DNA from: Macrostomum lignano
Lineage: Eukaryota
Length of the DNA stretch: 64,000 nucleotides
Reading direction: 5' to 3'
Assembly: GCA_002269645.1 (NCBI GenBank)
Contig: NIVC01001863.1
Span: forward strand, 164,066-228,065
Part shown: piece after piece, positions 12,911 through 25,874 of the stretch
How positions within the stretch are numbered: the stretch's first letter is position 1
Layout: every line of letters begins with the position of its first letter
Translations under genes and position numbers: made by a program
Notes under the pieces: generated by a model
Database searches by the model: none
What the model saw: the letters and a program-made list of their open reading frames with translations, nothing else
What the model was told of the DNA's origin: nothing

Positions 12911-14010
12911 GTATAAATAATTGAAACTGATATTAATCAATTTATGTTACTGTAACGTATGAATAAAATAACTGTTAAACTCCTAACCGAAATATTTCGT
13001 TTGCTTTTTCAGCTATTAAATTTAATGCATTTTTCCAAATTCTTTCGATAATCAGATAAGCTTTCTGAAGTTTTGTCACAGAATATGGAAATATCGCTCA
13101 GAAACTTAAAGACAGATCAGAACTGAAAAAACCCTTTAATTTGACACTGGGAGCAAAGAGGTCGTCACTTTTTTCAATCTGATTTTTTAACTGGGTCTGC
13201 TGGCATGCTGGTAGATGATTAATATACGTTGGTGCGTTGCAAAGAGCCCAGCGGAGTTCATCTTCACCATAAACTATCTGCAGATTGTTTCACCAACATC
13301 AAACTCCAAACTAGCGCTCACCAATGCATTCACTGTCATCTCTCTCACTCTCATTGTCCACCAGACTGACTTTAGCGTGTGGTCCTCTGTGCCATTCTGT
13401 ACTTTAGCCATGCATTCCAGCTATATGGCCCAGATTAATCGCACTTGAACCAGATTGGTTTCTGTTGTCTATGGCTTTGTATGCTTTGTCTGTGTAAACT
13501 CGCTGCCACGTCAGACCGTTAGCTGTCAGCCACGCACCAATTTGAATGGATAAAAAACCAAGTAGGATCCACAAAATAATATATATATATTCTTGTTATT
13601 GACCCTGGTTTACCTCACTCAGTCTAATAAAGCACACAGAGTCCTTGCTTTCGAGAGCTCGCTATTATTCTGTCCGTCTCTATGTTGCTCATTCCATAGT
13701 CTATGGTCCAACCATCCAAGCACCAAACACTGTTGTTCGCAAGCGAGCATGAGCCCCATTCTTGAATATCGACTTATTACCATAGACAAAATCAAGACAA
13801 GTTGACGCCAGTACAGGTTATGGGACCGTCTCTCGAGTTGAGCCATAGACAAACTCTCGGCCCAGCCTGTACATGCAAGCCTGCAGAGCAGTTAAAAAGC
13901 GATCAACGCTGTCAACTCCCACGACGAACTCACTTTGAATAAGTGAGGTTCAGGTTTAGTCCATCTTCTGCAATTCATATTGAGTCCACTACACCTTGGC
14001 AACTGAAAGA

Positions 14011-14939
<929 letters not shown>

Positions 14940-15394
14940 ATCCCAGATGCTGACAGTGCAAATGGGCAGTCGTGTTTACGGGCAGTCGTGTTTAAGTGTT
15001 GGTTTTTGAACTTTTCAAATTGTTTAATTGATAAATACACTGCTTGGCTTACAACCGCGCTATCAAATTATCGGACCGAGTTTGTAGCTATTTGATAAGC
15101 AAGTCGGAAGTGAAAATGGCACACTGAAAATTGTCACTAAATTTTTCAAGACCAGCAGCACTGTTCAGAGAATCAGTGAACACAGCGGCTCTAACTTTTT
15201 ATCTTTAGGCATGTGCACTACTCTGTGCCTTGGGGTTAATGGCAAAGGTAGAGCCAAGCCGAGGTTCTAATTTAGCTTTAAATTAATGTGACTGCACTTT
15301 GGAATCGAGCCCCGGCCGCTGGCAGATCAGAGCGCCGCCTTAGACCGCTAGGCTGCGGCCCCTTCCGCAAGTCCAATGTTCCCCGTCCCCGTCT

Positions 15395-15752
<358 letters not shown>

Positions 15753-17073
15753 ACTCTTTTGCCGTGGCTGGACTTGCATATATGGGGGGAGCATTGCCAT
15801 TTGAGGCTTATTTAGAGCTTATTTTGGCCCAACCCAAAAAGTTGGGCCAATCCGCCCGGGACCGCCCCCCCCCCCACTACTTTAAAATCGTGGGTCCGCC
15901 ACTGATGGCAATAACTGAATTCTACAAATACTTGCAGTCGTACGGTAAAACAAAATGTAAAAACTCAATTGTAAAAAAAACATATCTTGCACTATTTAGT
16001 AAAGTAATTTGATTCTCTTAAAAGACAAAGTCTTTCTTTTTGCTTTGTATAGTTCGGCAGCTGTAGACGGCCCTGCATCGGAGGAAGAGGGAAAATGAGA
16101 CACCCACCTCAATAGTATCCTAATAGTACATTTGTTATACGGGGCCACAGGTCCTAAAAATATTCTGTGAGCTACCAATACCGTAGACCTTCCGAGGGAC
16201 ACTAGGTATTGCATACCGATCCGAATCCAATGCACTTTTATCCTGCTTATTGAGGACCAATCCAAATCTAATATTGAGATGATCCAAATCCACACTACTA
16301 CAAGTAGGCTGTGTATGTATCGTGCCATAACTTTACTAACTTAACTTCACTTACATAAAATTATGCGACCAAAAACCGGTGCTCGTCGAAATTGCTCTCA
16401 AGGACAAAACTATTTAGTTGTTGTTAAACTGGGGTGAGAAGCTGGGCTTACCCGCGGATCAGCCCTAAGGGGGCTCTGCCGCTAGGAGCTATTTGTGGGC
16501 CATACTACCAGGAGCATATATATAGCTCGAGAGGCCACGGTTGGGACCAGAGCTCAGGACTCTGGGGAGAGCATGGAGCATTGGTGCTACTAGCCCAAAC
16601 CTACGGTACAAGACACCGCTGACCAACAATCGAATCAGGGACGGTGCTAAGACCGAGTCCACCCAGGCCACCCCCCCCCCAGCTGACAAGTCTTTGGGTG
16701 TGCGCGATAAAAGAAATTGGATTGCGAAATGCTTGGGATACTACTCTAAGCGGTCCGAGAGCGGGTTAACCCAGAGTCTACGGAAAAGGCTTGAAAAATT
16801 TAGTTGGAGCGAGTCTGGGAGGCTTGCATCCGAGGGCGAGACTCCAGGCAGGAAGACCGTCTACCTCTATTGCTCAAGCCCAAGGGCATCACCTACCCAG
16901 CTCTATATTGGGGGCCAGGCCAAGGAGTCGGGAGAGGGGCACCCGGGGCAAGAGGACCCGGACTCAGCCGGTATCCCCGGTACGAGACGAACTTCCAGCC
17001 CAGGACGCCAATCCCCTGTCAGGATGAGAGCCAGAGACACAATAGGCAGGGAACTTCCAGAGGTGCCAGCCAG

Positions 17074-17545
17074 GTTTGTGTCGCCTGATCTTTTACGATC
17101 TTTCGTTTCTTTCTTTCGCAAAACTCCTGAAATTGATTCCAGAATGGAGTAAAGTGTGTCAGCTTGATGGAGTAGTAATCAGGTTACTTGTCAGAAACAG
17201 TCCATATTCCTAGTGGCTGCACTCACCCTAGCGGCCGCTTGCACCTTGGCGATGAGCTCGCCCTCGGCCTCTTCTTCTGGTGTTTCGCGCCGCCTGCAGT
17301 GAAAAGTGCAGTTTAGGCGTGACGCAAGTGACTTTGCTGAAACATGAGCTTGCATTTATTTCGATGTCTTTGGTATCTCTATTAGATATTAATTTGATAT
17401 TAACTATTAGCGGAGAGCTACTCATGAACGCGGGCGGGCGGGCGGGCTCGGGGCGCGGGGCCTGGCTCCTCGGCGCGGCGCTCGGCGCGGCGCTCGGCTC
17501 GGCGCTCGGCTCGGCGCTTATCATTGACTTTGGTTGCTGCTTGGT
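17074..17545 (-). pseudogene. Damaged copy of the 3-exon gene seen at 41428-41900
   Basis: Exon 17293-17227 (RRETPEEEAEGELIAKVQAAAR) and the exon starting 17126 (EFCERKKRKIVKDQATQT) keep their splice sites. The upstream donor is altered (AG|GTAAT became ATAGTTAAT) and the last exon is replaced by unrelated sequence after ATQT. Confidence 0.6.
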
Positions 17546-17771
17546 TTCAGGAAGATTAGCGGATCATTGTCTGAGCGCGAATACACATCAAACAGGAATC
17601 TAATGCAGGAGTGCAATAGCACAGAAACCAAGAAAACTCAGCAATTGAGAAGGTCGAATATGAGCTCGGTTGAGGCAGAGAAAGAAAAAATGAACACACT
17701 GTGACTGCAGTCTCGTGAATAAGTTTTGTTCTTGAAACTCTCAGCGATAATACGCTCGTAATAATAATAAT

Positions 17772-20154
17772 TGATGTAACCGCCCTTGTCGCCTGTCCGC
17801 TCCGCTGGGAGACGAACGCATGACCAGAGGGGGCAATGACCGTAGGCTGCCTATGACCGGGCAATGACCTGACGGACCTCCAGCACCAGACTGTCCCGCC
17901 CACATGATTGATAGCTTTGGTAGCGCTTTCGTGACCAGAGGGCCAAGGACCCACATGGACCCCGCCTGTAGCCAAGGTGCAATAGTTGGTCACTCGGCCA
18001 TAGCATGACCGAGTGGCTGCCACCACTCTATGTGACCTGGCGCACCTGGATCTTACTACCAGACCTCTCGAGGCTAGAGCCCCGCCTGGATTGGTTACCA
18101 GGAGATTTAGGCTAACAGGGGAGACTCATGCAGCCGAGTACAGGGACTCTGCTTGGGGCATGATCGGGAACTCTGGGCTCAATCTGGAGGATTTATCAGC
18201 AGGGGATCCTTTGTGGCTGTGATCGAGGCTGACTTGCGGTTTCAATTACTAAGAGTAGGGTGAGGCGAACATGTACTGTCTATAGTTTAGATTGCTCAGG
18301 GCGAAGGGACGCGTCAGCATGGGGTTGCAACCTTCCTACTGCCATTCTGTGCCAAGACTCGCTAATCCCTCTACTGCATGCACACACGGCCCCGCAGCAC
18401 GCACACACAGGCGGGCTTTGCACGGGGAGAGGCCATTAGCTTACCCGAACTTCCTTTTGCCTTGCCACCCTGGGAGAAAGGCTTAGCAAGCCATGAATGA
18501 AATGATGGTGAACAGGTGAATAATGATGAGTTTAGTAATAGTTAACGATTAGGCCATTAGGCAAAATAATCAGGCAAATTAAGCGGCTTCACTATTGAAT
18601 ATAATACAGCAAAAGGTATGGTATCACAATTGGCTCAGCTCTCTAATTAAGCAATGGAAAAATAGGCGAACCCGGACAAGCAAGGCAATAAGAGCACAAA
18701 TCAGTAACAGGAACTTACCGGCAGCTGCACAGAGAAAGAGAGCGATGGAGTGACCGACGACGGCTGTTGGCTGCAGACAGGCAGACAGTGAAGCGGCGAT
18801 GCGCTGGAGCGACGAGGCGCTGATGTAGTTCAGGCGATGCTGAAGATGCTGGGCGGTAACAGACCGCTGGCCGGCAGATGAGCTCACTTGGGGAGCTGAA
18901 AGGAACTTGGCGGTATCAGACCGCTGGCCGGCAGATGAGCTCACTTGGGGAGCTGAAAGGAAGTTGGCGGTATCAGACCGCTGGCCAGCAGATGAGCTCA
19001 CTTGGGGAGCTGAAAGGAAGTTGGCGGTATCAGACCGCTGGCCGGCAGATGAGCTCACTTGGGGAGCTGAAAGGAACTTGGCGGTAACAGACCGCTGGCC
19101 GGCAGATGAGCTCACTTGGGGAGCTGAAAGGAACTTGGCGGTAACAGACCGCGGACCGGCAGAGGTTCGTCCTATGGACGAATAGGTCAGAGCAGCGTCT
19201 GACAACAAGTCCAAAGTAAGACAAGGACGGAGGAGTTTGAGGATTCTCATGCCGAAAACCGCTTCCTTAAATAGCCTTACCAGCCGCCGCTCCAAGGTCG
19301 TTTCCATGACTCCCTCTCTCTGATTGGCTGCCGGCGAAATGACGTCAGAATGAGTCATGATGAGAAGCATGAGAACGAATTAGCAACATGAGAAATGGAC
19401 AAATTGCGCAATCCGGAGGTGGGGTGGGGGATAATTGGCGCAGCGGGAGATCGGGAAAGTGTTGCGCAAGCAAACGTTGAGAACAATAGGGCTGGGGTCG
19501 AGAACAAAGGAATGGAAATCGGGGATAATTGGGGAGTACAGAGAACAATAGAAAAGCAAACATTGGAGAAAAGGTGATAATTGGGTGCGAAAAGGAGAAC
19601 AAAAGAATCAAAAACGAAAACAATAGAAGCGGAGGTGGGGTGGGTGTCGCATGAGAAATTTGGGGAGGAGAACAATAGCATGAGAAAAGGTTGCGCAAGA
19701 GGGGGTGGTGAGTCATCGATGAGTAATCGAGGGGAAAGAGGGGTCACAAGACTTGCGTCACCATTTGGGACTTTACTAACGGGTGGGGGTGACGGTGAGC
19801 GCACAAAGTACTGTAAGTAGGCACCGAGAAAGGGGGAACAGCGCAGGAAAACAGTACAAAAGAGACAAAAAGATGGGAATCGGAAGAAGTACATAATAGA
19901 TAGGGTAGAGCGCATAGGAAATAGAGTAGCTGGTGGGTGCAGAGGGAGACAGGGGCTCCGGAAAGGCACGTGTGGCGGGAGTGTGAGACGGAGCCGAGGC
20001 AGCAGGGGGATGCAGCAGAGCGGGAGTCAGCAGGCCGGGTTAAGGACCTGACCCAGTCTCGATGGCTCTGCTCAGGAGGTGCACCGAGATCGGAGGTACT
20101 TTTGAAAAATTTCCCTTGCCATATCCCGCGACCAGAGCGTGGTTACATAAATCA
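17772..20154. mobile_element. ~2.4-kb insertion with LTR-like termini (TGATGTAACC...GGTTACATAAATCA), absent from the duplicate locus at 42.0 kb
   Basis: Flanks ATAATAATAAT and TAATTAATTACATATGCCC are contiguous in the 42.0-kb copy. Inverted TGTAACC/GGTTACA ends; possible 4-bp TSD TAAT (weak in AT-rich context). Confidence 0.5.
18852..19150. repeat. 57-bp tandem repeat (~5 copies)
   Basis: TTGGCGGTATCAGACCGCTGGCCGGCAGATGAGCTCACTTGGGGAGCTGAAAGGAAC. Confidence 0.93.
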
Positions 20155-20159
20155 TAATT

Positions 20160-20445
20160 AATTACATATGCCCTAACTGACAGCTCAGCCGCAGCAATTG
20201 CGCGGCGCATCTGAAGGCTGCGTACGGCTGTTCAGTCTAATGAACGGTGGGGGGGCGCGCCCGGGCGCCACACGCACCCTCGATTACCGCAGCAAGCGCT
20301 GGCACCCATTTTACAGCTGGGTGAACTGAAGCAATGCAGAATTTAGTGTCTTGCTCAAGGACAAATTGTTCCAGTGGAATTAGGAGTCGAACCCCCGACC
20401 TTTAAGTCGTAAGTCCGACGCTCTAACCACCACTAGACTGCACAA
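20160..20445 (-). mobile_element. tRNA-derived SINE, copy 2
   Basis: Head GTGGTTAGAGCGTCGGACTTACGACTTAAAGGTCGGGGGTTCGACTCC plus the shared body. Confidence 0.82.
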
Positions 20446-20492
20446 CCTTCGAGCAGTGGCAATTGTCTAGTGTGCTAATTTGACTGATTAGT

Positions 20493-20692
20493 CCAAGAAC
20501 TGGGGGGGGGGGTCGCCACATACCCTCAATTACCCAAGCTAATGCTGGCACCCATTTTACATTTACAGCTGGGTGAACTGAAGCAGTTTAGAGTTAAGTG
20601 TCTTGCTCAATCAAGGACGCAAATTGTTCGTGTGGGATCGGGAATCGAACCCCCGACCTTCAAGTCGTAAGTCTGACGCCCTGACCCCCGAC
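20493..20692 (-). mobile_element. tRNA-derived SINE, copy 3 (3'-truncated, tandem to copy 2)
   Basis: Same head (GGTTCGATTCC) and body as copy 1. Confidence 0.78.
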
Positions 20693-20700
20693 CATGACAT

Positions 20701-20914
<214 letters not shown>

Positions 20915-20941
20915 TCTCGGCCCAGCCTGTGCATGCAAGCC

Positions 20942-22500
20942 CACAGAATATACGCAGAATGGCGAATCCCGCATTTTGAGAGAATTTCTTGCACAAGAAT
21001 GATATTCTATACTGGCTACTCTTGTTGTGAAGAGAAACTAAGTAGGCTGAATGGCACTTTACCAATTCTTTGCCATTTATTGCGGGTTTGTCCCACAGAA
21101 TATAGGAAGGCTTGATGAACCAACCCACCCCCTTCTAAACTGTGCTATTTTTAGAAACTATCTTAAGGCTGGCCCTGCCTTCTGCTGCGCTTTAAGTTAG
21201 TGCCATAGACAGCATGCCTTGGGCGTTCAAGCACGAGCTCGTGGCGTGAAAGCATGCAGGTCAAATGCATTATTGATCGCGCTAGCCTGTCTTTGCTGTA
21301 TTGCATTCTCTATGGCCCAATCTGGTGCTGCTGAAGCTAGGTTTGGCTTCAAAAGTGCTACATGTAATACCGAAGGCATATCTGCTAGAGTTTTAATACG
21401 CAGCTTATTGTGATACTGTTTTCGCATGACTGCGTCTGCTTCGAGGCTTCAGTGCGCTGCGTACGGATGCCCCAACTACGCCGGCAAGTGGCCGCCGGGC
21501 ATTAGATTTCACCGGTTTTCAGCAGCCAGAGAGCATCCAAGGCTGCAGTGAGCCAAGAAGCTCCAGATCCAGTCCACCTGCAGGGCAACACTTGTGACTC
21601 AGATCTCACGGAAGCAGGTGATGAGCTCTTTGCTACATCGGATGACTTAGATCACGAGAAGTGCGCATATGTCGGCGGTTGGTTGCTGTTCCGCTTCTTT
21701 AAAACCGAGTGCAAGTGTAAGGTGTTCCAGCAGGAACTGAAGGGAAAGCAATTCAGACACGCTTCCTGCGACTGAAGCGCAAGCGGGATGACAGCTTAGC
21801 CACCCCAAGCAGAGCAGTTATCAGAGCTGTCACTGAGATTGAACGCCAATTCAAATTGCTGGAAGTGGCAGAGTTCATGCATGCTGGTGTGTCACACAGA
21901 ATCAGCAAATTATTTGCCGATTGCATCAGGCCAATTATTGCGACTCATTGCGCTGAGCACTCAGAGAGATGCGTGATGGGCATTGTGAGGCTGTTCTCGA
22001 AGCTGCGCTTGCACCATTGGTGCAATGGGCGCAGGATTGCGGCTCAGGAGAGAAAGCGCTGGCGAGAATTTTGCAATGAGCAATTGAGGAAGTTCAAGAG
22101 GATGAGTGTGATTGCATGAGATTTGCTATTTCTGTTGCGTCTGGCATTTCCTGCCTTGCGTGCAGCGCTAAAACTTAACCGGCTGTTATATGTTTGTTAC
22201 TTTTGTTTTTTTAGCTTACATGTACATGACAATGAAGTTATAACAGTTCTTACTACTGCTCATGACTTTGCGCACGCACCGTTTGAACAAATTAATTACA
22301 ATGATGGCGCAGCATTCATCTGCAGCGTCAAAACGATGATTCAGAGCTTTCAAAGGCTGTCTTGAGCTGAAACTTTTACATTCAACTTTGCGTTTAAAAA
22401 ATCGCAGCTACTTATCAGCTTCACAACGTTAGTAGTGCAATCGCATTTATTTTCGCTTTCATAGAGAACTGCCGATTCGCCATTCTGTGTATGTTTTGTG
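20942..22500 (+). mobile_element. Non-autonomous P-element/THAP-type DNA transposon (internal deletion derivative)
   Basis: 27-bp imperfect TIRs 20942-20968 (CACAGAATATACGCAGAATGGCGAATC) and 22474-22500 (24/27 match). THAP N-terminus at 21426 (CAAYGCPNYAGKWPPGIRFHRF) joined through frameshifts to P-transposase C-terminal-like segments (CAYVGGWLL..CKC; SLATPSRAVIRAVTEIERQF; FSKLRLHHWC). No TSD found. Confidence 0.75.
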
Positions 22501-24394
22501 GTCTAAAGGGAGCAAGCAAGGCACGCAAATAAAATAAAGAAAAAGTAAAATATTACAAGAGGCCCCTCTTCTTCAGCCAACCATTGGCTGGTTTGATTTA
22601 ACGTCTTACGTTTGAGACTTGTTCCATGGCTTGTCATTAAGAACAAAAGACACAACAGTGGCGTCGCAGCAAAGGGAATAAAGCTGAGACCGAAGGATGG
22701 CACAACCAACACCAGCAGCTGAGAAGATGGCATCTCCGGCAAAGTTGGCAGCAAAGACAGCGAGTAAGGATATGACAATGTGCCACTGCTTTCGAGTCTG
22801 GAAGGAATCGGCCAAACTGCACAATTCCACCAGCCAATGATCGGAAACAACATGCTCAACATGATCGTCATTGAGAAGCTGGAGGAAGGAAAGTCGTTTC
22901 TACGATGGATGGAACGCTTCACAGTCGGGGAAAATCTCTTCAAATGGGGAGAGGAAGAAAAGGCGCAGATTTTGCTCATGCGTCTGTCTGCTGGTCTGTA
23001 CGACACTCTGGCGGATCATCTGGCTCCCACATTACCGAGCACAATGTCTTTCGAAGAGCTCAGCAAGGCGCTAAAGGAGATCCTGGTGCCTAAAACATAT
23101 GTCCTGTCTGAACGGTACGCCTTTCAAACTGCCAAGAAGGACGCAAAAGAGAGCATTCGAGCATTCGCTGAGAGGCTGCTCAAAGCGTCGGATAAATGTG
23201 CGTTTAGCAACAAGGAGGAACGGCTCCAGGACCAATTCATCTACCACCGCCTACCACCCGAGTGGCAACGGACAGGTGGAACGATTTAACGGGTTCCTGA
23301 AGAACAGTTTGCGCACGTATCTGGAACAGAAGGGTCAGAACGCCTGGGAGGAGTACCTGCCAAGTGCCTTGATGGCTTATCGATCGACGGTCCAGGCGTC
23401 CACCGGTTACACGCCCTACTACATGCTGCATGGTCAGGAGATGCCGCTGGGATTCGAACCAGAGGACCTTAGGCGAAAGACGGACAGCTATCCCTTGTTT
23501 GTGCAAGAGATCCAGCAGAACCTGCTTCATGCCCATGAACGCATTCGAGAAGGACGCGAGACGGTTCAGCGACGGCAGAAAATGAATTACGATCGGAAAG
23601 TGAAGGGCAAAGCGATTCAGAAGAGCGACTCTGTCTTGCTGTACTATCCGTGCTTGGAGATGGGAGAGAAAAGCAAGTTCCATATTAACTGGCGCGGCCC
23701 AGTGAAGGTCCTGGAGAAGCTGTCAGATGCGTTGTACCGAGTGCAGGATCCGACACAGAAGCAGAAGACCAAGGTGGTGCACTTCAACAATCTCCGGCCG
23801 GTTCAGGTTCAGACGGAGGCGGCAGACGGTCAAGAGACAGGAGAGGAAATTGGGAGGGCCAGTTCGGGAAAAACCAGACCGCGACGCGGTAACTCCGCTG
23901 CTGGACGAAGCCGAAGGCAGAGAGTGCAACGGGGCGAGACCCAGAGGTGGACCGCAGCGCGAGGGCCGCAGGACCAGAAATCCGAGCAAGAAGATGAAGA
24001 GTTTGAAGATCTTCAGCTGCGGTTTCAAGATCGAAGAAATAACGCTCCGCCGGACACCCGAAATCTGGCCAAAGACTGTGAGCCCGGACCTGAGCGTCGA
24101 GAAGCAGACGATGACGAAGAAGAGCACTACGATGAGGCGCGGTACGACGAGGAGCAGGACGAAGAGGATAAGGCAGAGCCGAACGACGCCAACGTACCCG
24201 AGCAGGAAGTGAGGACGGCACAGGAGGAAGCAGGGCGACCAAGACGTCTGCGGCGACCGCCGGATCGATTTGGGGTCCCGGTGTACCACTACTGAAGAAG
24301 GGTCCGGTGTACGGCGCTTGGATAGCCAAGGGGGAAGGGAGGTTCATGTCGTGCGTGTCTCATTGCTCATCGGAGTTAGGCCGGACTGTTACAG

Positions 24395-25381
24395 ATGGCG
24401 GACCTCTACGAGTGTCTTGGAGTGCAGCTGTGGGCGTCTGCGGCACAGATTCGGAAAGCGTTCTACGGTCGAGCACGCGAACTGCACCCTGACAAGAGCG
24501 CAACAGAGGAGACGCGGAAGAGATTCCTGGAGTGCGAAGAGGCGTACCGAATACTGTCGTGTCCGTTCCTTAGAAAGCTGTACGATATCTTTGGAAATGC
24601 TGTTCGTGACCGGGATGAGATGCTTCGGCTCGCAGAAGGAATGTTAGAGGATGACGACATGCCTGACGATCTCCGAGAAGAGATAGAAAGGCTACAAGAG
24701 AGCGACCGATTAGCTGAGGAGGCGTACGAGAGAGAACAGGCGAGGAGGGATGAGGAGCACGTCAAGATGGAGGCAAGTGAGGAGGCCTCAGACGATGAGC
24801 AGGATGAAGAGATGAACGAGGCGAGTGAGGCACTGCCGGAGGAGTACGAGGTCGAGAAGGTCTTAGGAGTACGAGTCACGGAGCGAGGAGCGGAGTATCT
24901 GCTGCAGTGGGCCGGTGTAGAGGAGCTTGAGACATCATGGGAAGCGGAGGAAGATTGTGCCGGATGTAGAAACCTGATTGAAGAATACCTGCAGAGAGCG
25001 TACCGGCTTCAGACAAGACCGTGCCGACCAGTGACCGTCGCGGAACTGGAGAACGTAGGACCCAGTCGGAAGAAACTGCACCAGGCAATGCGGAAGGGCG
25101 ACCCGTGGGGCATCTTTGAGGTGCTGCTAGCCCTGAAGGGGAAGTGCGCCACTGCCTCGGTGGATTTCAAGGAATTCGGTCCGGAGTTGATGCTGCAGAT
25201 CCTGGGCTACTTGGAGCGAGACGGTCGCAAGTATCCGGGGCACGGAGTCCGTCGGTGGAGTCGCCAAGCGTGTCAAGCGGTCCACATGTCGGTGATGGTG
25301 GTGTTCCCGCTGTTCGACCTGCGACGCCAGGGTTTGGTCCTGGGTGCCCTCCGTGGGCTGTGGGATTCGTGCTCTGACTGA
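24395..25381 (+). CDS. Retroelement-borne DnaJ domain + acidic linker + chromodomain protein (328 aa)
   Basis: J domain DLYECLGV...IRKAFYGRARELHPDK...FLECEEAYRILS..LRKLYD (HPD intact); chromodomain EEYEVEKVLGVR...YLLQWAGVEELETSWEAEEDC..CRNLIEEY; open, intronless. Confidence 0.85.
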   Translation: MADLYECLGVQLWASAAQIRKAFYGRARELHPDKSATEETRKRFLECEEAYRILSCPFLRKLYDIFGNAVRDRDEMLRLAEGMLEDDDMPDDLREEIERLQESDRLAEEAYEREQARRDEEHVKMEASEEASDDEQDEEMNEASEALPEEYEVEKVLGVRVTERGAEYLLQWAGVEELETSWEAEEDCAGCRNLIEEYLQRAYRLQTRPCRPVTVAELENVGPSRKKLHQAMRKGDPWGIFEVLLALKGKCATASVDFKEFGPELMLQILGYLERDGRKYPGHGVRRWSRQACQAVHMSVMVVFPLFDLRRQGLVLGALRGLWDSCSD

Positions 25382-25874
25382 GGCTGCGTCTTCCTAGGGA
25401 CTTTGGGGCTAGGGGCTTTGCAGTGCAGACCCAGGGACAGCGGAGCGGAGGTGGACCGGCCTTGACGGGTGCTGACGGAGCGACACGGCTGCGCAGCAAC
25501 GGCAAGACTCGACGACCAGGCGACCAGAGCAACCGGAGTCAGTTGCGACAGGGAGACCCGAGGCACCAGAGCGACGGCCGTACTCGGTGGGATTCAGGAA
25601 TGCAGTGCCAGTGTTACCGTACTTGTGAGGGTTTAATGGCTGACTATTTCTTTTTTCGTCTGGTTTTTTGTTGAGATTTTTCGGTTTTCTCTAATTTAGG
25701 TTTTTGCTTTGCTTCCCAACGATCCGTACTCACTATCCTATAATTGAGCGTTTTCTGCGTCATTTTAAACGGTATAATCACTGCGATTTTGTTTTCTTGT
25801 TCCTCTGTTCAATTTTTTGACATAGTAGTATCATTCGAATTTTCGAACTCGAACTTTAGTCTAGGGGGAGGGAG

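Noticed and set aside
18624-19370. 248-aa minus-strand ORF with 19-aa repeats
   Set aside because: Mostly the 57-bp tandem array inside an LTR-like insertion; no domain recognised.
20370-20445. tRNA gene (also near 12840, 20630, 42220)
   Set aside because: A and B boxes are present but the acceptor and anticodon stems do not pair, and each head continues into a shared SINE body.
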